The position numbers were made by a program, and so were the translations under genes. A stretch of DNA of 64,000 nucleotides. Source: a virus. Taxonomy: Duplodnaviria > Caudoviricetes. The stretch is from IMG/VR virus record IMGVR_UViG_3300030330_006022, positions 32,001 to 96,000 of that record. One strand, written 5' to 3'. Positions 1 to 7,689 of the stretch are shown here, piece after piece. How positions within the stretch are numbered: the stretch's first letter is position 1; every line of letters begins with the position of its first letter. Under the pieces are notes generated by a model, which was not told the origin of the DNA, did no database searches, and saw nothing but the letters and a program-made list of their open reading frames with translations.

Positions 1-40
1 TAGTTAGTATTGTAGTATGTTGACATAGGAAGGTGATTTT

Positions 41-598
41 ATGCTGCTTAATTTGCTTTTATGGGCTTGCGATAACCCAATACCAAGTGACTCTTCAGGT
101 CCAAAAGAAGAAGTTGTTGAATCTCCCATATATTGGGATGAGTGTTCTTTCAATGGTGGAGACCACATATGTGATGTTTCTTTATCAACCGCTGATGGTG
201 GCTTTGACAATATATATTCTCATTATGGTGAAGTAATCGTTGTCGATGTCTCTGCTATGTGGTGCGGACCTTGTCAAGAAGCTGCTTGGAACTCTAACTC
301 AATAAATGTTACTGCTGATGGTGTTACTTGGATTACTATTTTAATAGAAAATCTTGACGGAGAAGTTCCAACTCAAGAAGACGGACAGTTTTGGGGAGAC
401 TACTTTGGAATATGGCACAATGAAATTTGGCTTGGTTCTTCAGATAACAGAGATTACGAAGGTGTTACTGGTTTTGCTAATACAGGTTGGCCCTACTTTG
501 TTATTCTTGACAAAGATCTTCGCATACGTATTGTCCAGCAGGGCTGGAATAAAGAACAAATTTTACAACATATTGCCGATTTAAAATCTGAGTTATAG
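41..598 (+). CDS. Thioredoxin-like (TlpA/redoxin-type) putative lipoprotein
   Basis: SAMWCGPC active-site motif, cis-Pro-like GWP then FVILDK; short hydrophobic N-terminus ending WAC; GGAAGG upstream. Confidence 0.75.
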   Translation: MLLNLLLWACDNPIPSDSSGPKEEVVESPIYWDECSFNGGDHICDVSLSTADGGFDNIYSHYGEVIVVDVSAMWCGPCQEAAWNSNSINVTADGVTWITILIENLDGEVPTQEDGQFWGDYFGIWHNEIWLGSSDNRDYEGVTGFANTGWPYFVILDKDLRIRIVQQGWNKEQILQHIADLKSEL

Positions 599-623
599 TT
601 ACTAATAGACGGAGGGTCTATGT

Positions 624-1604
624 ATGCTTTTATTTTTAATTTCTTGTTTATCTGATCATTATTTGACACACAAAATTGTAGAGGAACGAATCTTATACGA
701 TACAGCTTACGTCGAAGTTATTGTGGAGGTCGAAAAAGAAGTTGAGGTCGAAGTTGAGGTCGAAGTAGAGGTTGAGGTAGAAGTCGAAGTACCTGAGAAT
801 TATCCTCTCTGGTCTCAAACATATATCCAACCTTCTCTTGGTAATGGAGTTGATATACTTTGGGTTGTTGATCCATCTGGATCTATGATGAATAATTGGC
901 CTCAAGTTGTTCTTGGTGTTGAACAAATGATGTTAGCTTTACCAACAAATGTTAATTGGCGTTTGGAAATTATTCCAACAGATCATATAAGAGCAAAAAA
1001 TTTGCAATCTTTTCCCATACTTCCGGGAGACTCATTACAAACAGCTCAAGCTCATTTACAAAACAACATCCAGGGTCATTGGGAAAAAGGTATGGATGCT
1101 GTAAAAGATTACATGACACAAAATTTAGATGCCCTACAGTGGATGAGACCTAATGTTGCCCTTTTGATTATTTTTGTATCTGATGAGAATGATTCATCAA
1201 GTCAAACTTCTTCTCAATTTATTCAATGGGTACAGTACCAAAGAACAGAAGTTTATGTTACCTCAATTGTTAATGTAGACCCTGCTAACTCTTTATGCCC
1301 TACAGAATATTCTAACTGGGATATTGGGACTGATTATATGGATATTGCAAATTATTTTAGTGGTATTACGATTGACATTTGTGAGACTGATTGGACTTCT
1401 GGTGTAACACAAGCTGCTCAACAAGTTCATCTTATAGATGAAATACAACTAGACTATACTCCTGTTGATGTAGATCACATTGAAGTTTTGGTAGATAATG
1501 TCGTGTGGACTGACTGGACTTGGGATGAACCAAATAATAAAATAATTTTTTCTGTTATGCCACCAGAAGGATCAATCATAACTGTTTCTTATAACTATTT
1601 ATAA
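624..1604 (+). CDS. von Willebrand factor A domain putative lipoprotein with (EV)n linker
   Basis: MIDAS-like DILWVVDPSGSM and IIFVSDEND; N-terminus MLLFLISC; GGAGG SD. Confidence 0.7.
   Translation: MLLFLISCLSDHYLTHKIVEERILYDTAYVEVIVEVEKEVEVEVEVEVEVEVEVEVPENYPLWSQTYIQPSLGNGVDILWVVDPSGSMMNNWPQVVLGVEQMMLALPTNVNWRLEIIPTDHIRAKNLQSFPILPGDSLQTAQAHLQNNIQGHWEKGMDAVKDYMTQNLDALQWMRPNVALLIIFVSDENDSSSQTSSQFIQWVQYQRTEVYVTSIVNVDPANSLCPTEYSNWDIGTDYMDIANYFSGITIDICETDWTSGVTQAAQQVHLIDEIQLDYTPVDVDHIEVLVDNVVWTDWTWDEPNNKIIFSVMPPEGSIITVSYNYL
711..791 (+). repeat. Degenerate 6-bp tandem repeat (GARGTN)n encoding VEVEVE...
   Basis: gaagttgaggtcgaagttgaggtcgaagtagaggttgaggtagaagtcgaagta. Confidence 0.9.
1595..1601 (+). 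promoter_or_regulatory. Candidate phage late promoter motif CTATTTA
   Basis: CTANTTA motif recurs just upstream of structural/head-like genes; here 8 nt before ATG 1610. Confidence 0.4.
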
Positions 1605-1609
1605 ACGTT

Positions 1610-2071
1610 ATGAAAATTAGAATAAAAAGAAAAATTGAAGAAAGGTGTCAAAAAGGCTATAAAACTCATCACAAGAGAAAAACAAAAAAGATGTTTGGAA
1701 AAACATATCGCAATTGTGTGAAAGCCGAAGAAGGCAAAGATCCTGCAAAAGGCACTGGTAAAAAACCAAAAGGTTCTGGTAGAAGATTATATACTGATGA
1801 AGATCCAAGCGATACAGTATCAGTAAAATTTTCGACAGTTCAAGATATAAAAGACACTTTATCCAAACCTTCTTTTAAATCAAAGAGTCATAAAAGACAA
1901 TCGCAAATAATTAATCTTATACATCAAAGATCTAGAGCAGCTTATAAAAACGCAAAAGATCCAAAAGCAAAAGCTAGGCTCAAAAAAGCATTTGAGTATG
2001 CCGAAAAGCGTAAAGAAGCTTCAAAGAAAAAAACACAACGAATGAGGAAACAAAAAAATGAATCAACATGA
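1610..2071 (+). CDS. Lys-rich hypothetical phage protein, probable internal head protein
   Basis: 153-aa ORF; modules start after IEE and AEE; resembles small basic proteins of T4-like marine phages. Confidence 0.6.
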   Translation: MKIRIKRKIEERCQKGYKTHHKRKTKKMFGKTYRNCVKAEEGKDPAKGTGKKPKGSGRRLYTDEDPSDTVSVKFSTVQDIKDTLSKPSFKSKSHKRQSQIINLIHQRSRAAYKNAKDPKAKARLKKAFEYAEKRKEASKKKTQRMRKQKNEST

Positions 2072-3038
2072 CCAGACAAAAAAGCGTAGGGTACGCATAA
2101 CGGAAAAAAAGAAAAAGTCTAGTGGTAAAAAGGATGCTTGCTATCACAAGGTTCGTTCTCGTTATGACGTATGGCCCTCAGCATATGCCTCTGGTGCTCT
2201 TGTAAAATGTCGTAAAGTTGGAGCAGCTAATTGGGGTAATTCTAAAAAAAACGAAGAGGTAGAAAAACACTCTGAAGATGAAATTTTAGATGCTGAAGAA
2301 GAAAAGAAATTACGCAAAGTGCAAAAACAATTAAAAAAGTCTGTAAAAGCACATGACAAGCAGCAAGAAATTATAGATGATATAGTTGATGAAGCTAAAA
2401 AAAAGAAAGCTGGAACTGAATCTTCAAAAGAATCTTCTCTTCGAGATTGGTTTGGTAGAAAAGGTGCCAAAGGAAAAAAGAAAGGCTGGGTAGATTGTAA
2501 TGCACCTGATGGTAAAGGTGGATATAAATCTTGTGGAAGATCTGATGGTGAAAAAAGATCAAAATACCCTTCTTGTAGACCTACACCTGGTGCTTGTAAA
2601 GAAAAAGGTAAGGGTAAGTCTTGGGGTAAAAAAGCTGCGAAAGCAAGAAAGAATGAGGCATTAAAATATAATGGAGATCCAACAATTTTGGAAGCATTTA
2701 GAGGTGCAACTCTAGATGATGGAACACTTGTTTGTGAAGCCTGTTTATTTGAACAGTTACAGGAAGCATCTTGTGGTTGTCCTAATCTTGTTATGGAAGC
2801 AAAGTACCAAGGAAGAACTGTTACACTCAACAAACCTACTAGGGGTGATGTTAAAAAATTCAAAGTGTATGTTAAAGATCCTAAAACTGGTAATGTTAAA
2901 AAGGTAAATTTTGGTGATCCTAACATGAAGATTAAAAAATCTAATCCAAAACGCAGAAAATCATTTAGAGCAAGACATAATTGTGATAATCCAGGACCTA
3001 AAACAAAAGCAAGGTACTGGTCATGTAAAAAATGGTAA
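2058..3038 (+). CDS. Lys/Cys-rich modular phage protein, probable processed internal head polyprotein
   Basis: Modules KDACY..WPSAYASG, LRDWF..GWVDC and AKYQG..FGDPNM..SFRARHNC..YWSC separated by x-x-E sites. Confidence 0.65.
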   Translation: MNQHDQTKKRRVRITEKKKKSSGKKDACYHKVRSRYDVWPSAYASGALVKCRKVGAANWGNSKKNEEVEKHSEDEILDAEEEKKLRKVQKQLKKSVKAHDKQQEIIDDIVDEAKKKKAGTESSKESSLRDWFGRKGAKGKKKGWVDCNAPDGKGGYKSCGRSDGEKRSKYPSCRPTPGACKEKGKGKSWGKKAAKARKNEALKYNGDPTILEAFRGATLDDGTLVCEACLFEQLQEASCGCPNLVMEAKYQGRTVTLNKPTRGDVKKFKVYVKDPKTGNVKKVNFGDPNMKIKKSNPKRRKSFRARHNCDNPGPKTKARYWSCKKW

Positions 3039-3042
3039 TACA

Positions 3043-3126
3043 TTAATATATTCCAGCTGTATAATGTAAAAATATATTATTATAATAAAAGAAAATATAT
3101 AAAAGAAAAAAATTATATAAAAACAT
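3043..3126 (-). CDS. Putative 27-aa hydrophobic peptide MFLYNFFLLYIFFYYNNIFLHYTAGIY
   Basis: Minus-strand TAAGGAGG SD (3143-3136) 9 nt before ATG, downstream of a consensus minus-strand promoter; region is very AT-rich so it may be non-coding. Confidence 0.3.
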   Translation of the reverse strand: MFLYNFFLLYIFFYYNNIFLHYTAGIY

Positions 3127-3155
3127 TTGACAAATCCTCCTTAAGATGTTATACT
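3127..3155 (+). promoter_or_regulatory. Sigma70-type promoter TTGACA-N17-TATACT with extended -10 TG
   Basis: ttgacaaatcctccttaagatgttatact; AT-rich upstream. Confidence 0.75.
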
Positions 3156-3204
3156 GTATTAACAGTTACTAATTAATTTGATAATCCTCCCAGATTATAT
3201 TCAT

Positions 3205-3233
3205 ATTATAACATAGGATAACTAAAATGTCAA
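3205..3233 (-). promoter_or_regulatory. Sigma70-type promoter on minus strand, TTGACA-N17-TATAAT with extended -10 TG
   Basis: Reverse complement reads ttgacattttagttatcctatgttataat. Confidence 0.7.
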
Positions 3234-4297
3234 GTAATTTAGATAAAAAAATGAAAATTTCTTTTGATTGGGATAATACTATCTCAATGTCGTACTTAGA
3301 TGAGGACTCTAGAGTACCAAAATTTATACATCAAGGTTATAATCAAGAATATATTGATAAAATGATCAATTATATCAAAGAAGGACATGAAGTTTGGATA
3401 GTAACTTCCAGAGTTAGAGATTTAGAAGATGATTTTCCTAAAGAAAGAATAACTTATCACCTTAGAACTCTAGGTATTATTAATTATTTCCCTCCAGAAC
3501 GTATAATTTATACTAATAGAGAACTAAAAGCACCTACATTGTTACACTTAGGCATTGAATTACATCATGATGATGACTTAGAAGAAATAATTGCTTGTAA
3601 AGAAGCAGGAATTAAGTGTATAAGAGCTTTAGAAATTCATGAAGACTCTGATAAAGTGGCTAAAGGAATTATTGCAGACTCCTCAGGCAAGATTTTGTTG
3701 TTAAAACGTACTGATGGCACAAAAAGATGGGACTTACCCGGTGGTCATGTTAAAGAAGTAGAGTTAGAAAGAGGATATCAAGGCATTACAGACGGTTACG
3801 AAAGAGAAGTAGCAGAAGAAACAGGCTTATTAGTACCTAATGAGCAAGAAATTTATAGATTTGATAACTTTTGGAATGACAAACATACAAAAATAATAAC
3901 ATTTTTTACTCAATTTCCCACAGAAGAACCTCCTGTTGACTTAAAAATACAAGACAAGCTAGAAAACTCTGAGTTTGTTTGGGTTTCAAAGCAAAATTTA
4001 CCAGCTTACCTTAACCATTCTACTGAAGTTTGCAAAGAAGCAGTAGAATATTGGCTTTCTATAGATGATGAAGTACTTAAAGAAGCAGCTTATTTAGCCT
4101 CTCAGTCAAAAAAATGGTTTAAAATGAAAAAACGTCTAGTAGGTTATGGTGGAAACAAACATTCTGGTGGTGGAAAAGGTCACACAAAGCCTAGTTTTAA
4201 AAAATCTAAGTCTGGACCATCCGATTTTTCTGTTTTAGAAGAAGAAATTGAAGATAAAAAATCAATAAAGGTAAAAATAGCAAAAAAAAAAGTTTAA
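3227..4297 (+). CDS. HAD-like phosphatase / Nudix hydrolase fusion with basic C-terminal tail (start may be 3251)
   Basis: ISFDWDNT (DxD), IVTSR, HHDDD; Nudix WDLPGGH...REVAEETGL. Confidence 0.75.
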   Translation: MSSNLDKKMKISFDWDNTISMSYLDEDSRVPKFIHQGYNQEYIDKMINYIKEGHEVWIVTSRVRDLEDDFPKERITYHLRTLGIINYFPPERIIYTNRELKAPTLLHLGIELHHDDDLEEIIACKEAGIKCIRALEIHEDSDKVAKGIIADSSGKILLLKRTDGTKRWDLPGGHVKEVELERGYQGITDGYEREVAEETGLLVPNEQEIYRFDNFWNDKHTKIITFFTQFPTEEPPVDLKIQDKLENSEFVWVSKQNLPAYLNHSTEVCKEAVEYWLSIDDEVLKEAAYLASQSKKWFKMKKRLVGYGGNKHSGGGKGHTKPSFKKSKSGPSDFSVLEEEIEDKKSIKVKIAKKKV

Positions 4298-4302
4298 ATT
4301 CT

Positions 4303-4647
4303 ATGCTTGATAACCTTATACGTGATTTAGAGACTAAAACGACAAAAGAATACAAAAGTGAGTGGGATATAACGTTAGAAAAGCACTATACTAAGCTCTG
4401 GTCACTAATTTGCGATAAAAAATCAGTTATGTTACAGCCAATTCACCTAAATATTCCAGAAAAACAATTATTTTACTCAAAATCTGATAAAAAGAACTTA
4501 TTTCTTGGACCTACATGGCAAATGTACTTAGTTTCTGAAAAAATAGACGAAAATGGACGTGTTATGGTATATTCACCTTATTTATTTGCACAAGGACAGA
4601 TATTTTTAGTACCAAAGGAGCTAATAATACGTCTTGGGTACAATTAA
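4303..4647 (+). CDS. Hypothetical protein
   Basis: 114-aa ORF tightly packed between neighbours. Confidence 0.6.
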   Translation: MLDNLIRDLETKTTKEYKSEWDITLEKHYTKLWSLICDKKSVMLQPIHLNIPEKQLFYSKSDKKNLFLGPTWQMYLVSEKIDENGRVMVYSPYLFAQGQIFLVPKELIIRLGYN

Positions 4648-4773
4648 ATGGAAAATTTTGTACAAAAAATCGTTTTATACACTATTTTAAGCCTATTTTG
4701 GCTTATTTTTTATCATTTTGTAGGTTTTGAGGTGTGTGTAATACTAATTTTACTAATTATTATGACAAAATGA
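4648..4773 (+). CDS. Small membrane protein, 41 aa (not in ORF track)
   Basis: ATG directly after the upstream TAA; MENFVQKIVLYTILSLFWLIFYHFVGFEVCVILILLIIMTK fills the gap exactly. Confidence 0.6.
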   Translation: MENFVQKIVLYTILSLFWLIFYHFVGFEVCVILILLIIMTK

Positions 4774-4782
4774 GGGCAAATT

Positions 4783-5190
4783 ATGAAAATTTCTAAAGAA
4801 AAACTACAAAAAATCATCAAAGAAGAGCTAGAAATGGCTCAAAATACCTCTGAAATGGCCTATTCTGGTCCTAAAATGGGTGCTAAAATGGACGATTTAG
4901 AGGGTGAAATGGCTAAAAATCAACTACTTCACGTTGCTAAATATGCTATTGCAATGGCTAGCAAGCTTGATGATAACCAAGAATTAGAATCTTGGGTTCA
5001 ATCTAAACTAACTTTAGCTAAAGATTATGTATCAAAAGTTAAACATTATCTTGAAAATGAGTTACAAGTAGATATGCCTGAGCCCTCTAATGAAGATATA
5101 GAACAAATAATGAAAAAATGCGAACAACAGGGTACTGAAAAGAAAAACTATGCTGGTGAAGGCAAATTTTATTATGACATCGGACAATAA
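4783..5190 (+). CDS. Putative internal head protein
   Basis: N-terminal MKISKEKLQKIIKEE then a helical module EGEMAKNQL..LESWVQSKLTLAKDY; GAGG SD; CTAATTA at 4753-4759. Confidence 0.6.
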   Translation: MKISKEKLQKIIKEELEMAQNTSEMAYSGPKMGAKMDDLEGEMAKNQLLHVAKYAIAMASKLDDNQELESWVQSKLTLAKDYVSKVKHYLENELQVDMPEPSNEDIEQIMKKCEQQGTEKKNYAGEGKFYYDIGQ

Positions 5191-5200
5191 GGAGGAGAAA

Positions 5201-5434
5201 TTGCTTGGTGGACTATATGTAGATAAATTTAAAATAGGTCAATATGTTGAGTGGAGATCAATAATAAGAGATAAAAACTATGAAGAAACAGTAAAAACAC
5301 ACCAAGGCTTGATAACTGATGTTCTTGCTGTCGATGTAGGATCTAGAAATGTTTGGTATGCTAAAGTACTGAGAAATGATGGAAAAGAAGATTTGATTTT
5401 ACTATCAAAAATAAGAAAAATAGAAACTAATTAA
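5201..5434 (+). CDS. Small hypothetical protein, SH3-like beta-barrel pattern (probable TTG start)
   Basis: TAAGGAGG 5 nt before in-frame TTG 5201; FKIGQYV..GLITDV pattern. Confidence 0.5.
   Translation: MLGGLYVDKFKIGQYVEWRSIIRDKNYEETVKTHQGLITDVLAVDVGSRNVWYAKVLRNDGKEDLILLSKIRKIETN
5427..5433 (+). promoter_or_regulatory. Candidate late promoter motif CTAATTA, 4 nt before ATG
   Basis: No SD before ATG 5438; same spacing at 8822 and 30682. Confidence 0.45.
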
Positions 5435-5437
5435 ATT

Positions 5438-6331
5438 ATGCCTTGCAAAATAAACAATAATTCCAATTTTGATGTATCTGAAGTAGAAGACCTCTTACAA
5501 GATTTGTTTTCTTTTTCTCAAAATCGTTTTGGTTTTCAAAAACCACCAGTTCTAAACCTAATGTCTGATGAAAATAACACGTCTCCATTAGGAAAAACAG
5601 CTCACTATGATCCTAATAGTATGGAAATTACCATTTACGTTGATGGTAGACACCCAAAGGACATAATGAGATCGTTTTCACACGAACTAGTACACCATAA
5701 CCAGAATGAAAATGGAATGTTTGACAATATACAGGGAGATAATGAAGATGGATATGCACAATCTAATCCTCATTTGAGAAAAATGGAAAAAGAAGCCTAT
5801 TTAAAAGGCAACATGTGCTTTCGAGATTGGGAGGATGGCTATAAATCTTCCAATCCAAACATTTTAAATGAAAGGAGAATATATAAAATGTCAATAAAAG
5901 ATTGGAAAGATAAAGAACTTAACACACTTCTTAATGAACGTTGGGGTTTTTCAATGGATTTAAGTAAACTTAATGAAAATAAAAAACCTGACTTCCCAGA
6001 TGTTGATGGCGATGGGGATAGAGAAGAACCTATTTCAAAAGCTCAAAAAGATAAAAAAGAAAAAGGTGGAGACGATAAGTCTAAAAAGAAAGCTAAAAAA
6101 GGTGAAATCCCACCACAACTAAAACAGCATGTAAAAGGAAAAAAAGAAGAATCAGAAGAAGAAGAAGTAAAAGAATCAGAAGATAAAAAAGAAAAATTCA
6201 AAAAAGGCTTGAAAGGTGAATTAGACGATACAGCAGATCAAAAAGTAGACCCAAAACTAAAGCAAAAAATAATAGATTCTTTAACTATATCTCAACTACA
6301 AGCTGCTTTAGATAAAAAGAAAAATAAATAA
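5438..6331 (+). CDS. HExxH zinc-metallopeptidase-like domain plus charged C-terminal modules
   Basis: SFSHELVHHNQ and downstream EKEAY; DVDGDGD Ca-binding-like motif; repeated LNE sites. Confidence 0.6.
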   Translation: MPCKINNNSNFDVSEVEDLLQDLFSFSQNRFGFQKPPVLNLMSDENNTSPLGKTAHYDPNSMEITIYVDGRHPKDIMRSFSHELVHHNQNENGMFDNIQGDNEDGYAQSNPHLRKMEKEAYLKGNMCFRDWEDGYKSSNPNILNERRIYKMSIKDWKDKELNTLLNERWGFSMDLSKLNENKKPDFPDVDGDGDREEPISKAQKDKKEKGGDDKSKKKAKKGEIPPQLKQHVKGKKEESEEEEVKESEDKKEKFKKGLKGELDDTADQKVDPKLKQKIIDSLTISQLQAALDKKKNK

Positions 6332-7299
6332 TGAAAATAAAAGTAAATAAAAAAATAAAAGAAAGCTCAGCAATGGGAGCAGGTGGTATGCAAGGTTTTT
6401 CTGGGCATATGGTCAATAATGGCTCCCGTAAAAAGGAAAAAAAAGATATGCGAATACAAGAAGAAGAATTAACAGAAAAATTGATGCGAAAATATATCCG
6501 TAACAAAATTCGTCAAAACTTGTATGAAGAAAAAAAACAACAAGAAGCTGAAGAGCATAAGTTGAGACTGGTTATTAGGTCTCTTATAAAAGAAGCAAAA
6601 GAAGCAGCTAATCCTCACCCAAATACTGGTATTAACAAACTTCGAGATGCATTTCGTAAAGCCAAACCTACTTTAAAAACAAAGTATCAACAACTTACTT
6701 CTTCCAAAGAACAAAGAGAGACTTTTGCTGCTCATATGTTAAGAGCGTTTGTTCGCTTATTTGATGAACTGGATGCTCTTCAAGCAAAAGGTGATGTTGA
6801 AGGCGAAATAGAAGATATTGAAACAGCAGTTGGTGAAGCTCCAGGATTGGGTCTAGAAGCTCCTCCAGAAGATCAAGAGGCTGATGATGTTGAAGATGAA
6901 ATTGAAGACCTCTTAGAGGCTATTTTAAAAGAAGTTGCCGTTGATGTAAAAACAGATGATGAAATAGATGTTGTTTCTGATGAAGAAGAAAAACAAAAAG
7001 AAGATAACAAAACACAAGCAGAAAAAGATTTTGATAAGAAAAAAGAATCTGATAAAGAAAAAGAAGAGTTTGGTGCTGGTCTAGATGGCGATGCCACAGG
7101 ACGCAATCAAGCATTTGATGCTTTTCGTTTGGTTCAAACTTATTTTTCTGATGCTTACTTAGATCTATCAAACGAAGAAGATCAAAAAATGTATCGTGAT
7201 TGGTGTCTATATAACATGAAACTGTTATTTCAAAACTTTGAAGAATCTCTCCCAACTAATCCTGAAGAACCAAATATTGAAAATCCTGAAGGTGCTTAA
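6331..7299 (+). CDS. Acidic hypothetical protein, probable internal head/scaffold-like
   Basis: MKIKVNKKIKE start, multiple IKE/LKE motifs, TAATG coupling. Confidence 0.55.
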   Translation: MKIKVNKKIKESSAMGAGGMQGFSGHMVNNGSRKKEKKDMRIQEEELTEKLMRKYIRNKIRQNLYEEKKQQEAEEHKLRLVIRSLIKEAKEAANPHPNTGINKLRDAFRKAKPTLKTKYQQLTSSKEQRETFAAHMLRAFVRLFDELDALQAKGDVEGEIEDIETAVGEAPGLGLEAPPEDQEADDVEDEIEDLLEAILKEVAVDVKTDDEIDVVSDEEEKQKEDNKTQAEKDFDKKKESDKEKEEFGAGLDGDATGRNQAFDAFRLVQTYFSDAYLDLSNEEDQKMYRDWCLYNMKLLFQNFEESLPTNPEEPNIENPEGA

Positions 7300-7652
7300 T
7301 GTGGCAAAAAAAGCGAAATGAAGTGAAGGGTAAGTCTTATTATTATTCTACTATTAATCGCCTACAGAAAGAAAAGAAAATTGACGAAGTTTTCCTCTCA
7401 AGAATCAATCAATTAACTTTAGAAGAATTGATAGCTGTTAAACTAGAAGCTGCAGCTAGATTCATTAATCACAAATTATATGGTTTTCCAATATGGAAAT
7501 CATTACATTATGTTTGCAGAGAGGCAGTGCTAATGTTCGCACTTTCTTCAACAAGGTCTATTAACGATGCGGCATCATTTTTGGGCATATCTCAATCAGA
7601 AATAAAAGAAAATATAAAAAAATATCAAATTTCTCTTGACAACAAAGAATAA
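7299..7652 (+). CDS. Fis-like helix-turn-helix protein
   Basis: C-terminal ALSSTRSINDAASFLGIS..IKENIKKY matches the Fis/NtrC-type HTH pattern. Confidence 0.6.
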   Translation: MWQKKRNEVKGKSYYYSTINRLQKEKKIDEVFLSRINQLTLEELIAVKLEAAARFINHKLYGFPIWKSLHYVCREAVLMFALSSTRSINDAASFLGISQSEIKENIKKYQISLDNKE

Positions 7653-7664
7653 ACGTGTTATAAT
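7636..7664 (+). promoter_or_regulatory. Consensus sigma70 promoter TTGACA-N17-TATAAT, extended -10
   Basis: ttgacaacaaagaataaacgtgttataat. Confidence 0.85.
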
Positions 7665-7689
7665 ATTATTATTAATCTTTGGAGAGAGG

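Noticed and set aside
2162-3043. 293-aa antisense ORF over the Lys-rich gene
   Set aside because: Phe/Leu-rich mirror of a gene poor in the codons that create stops in this frame; no motifs. Only the TAATG link to the 27-aa ORF keeps it of minor interest
7636-7689. N-terminal extension of the phosphomannomutase in the track
   Set aside because: The TTG is the -35 box of the promoter; the SD supports ATG 7690
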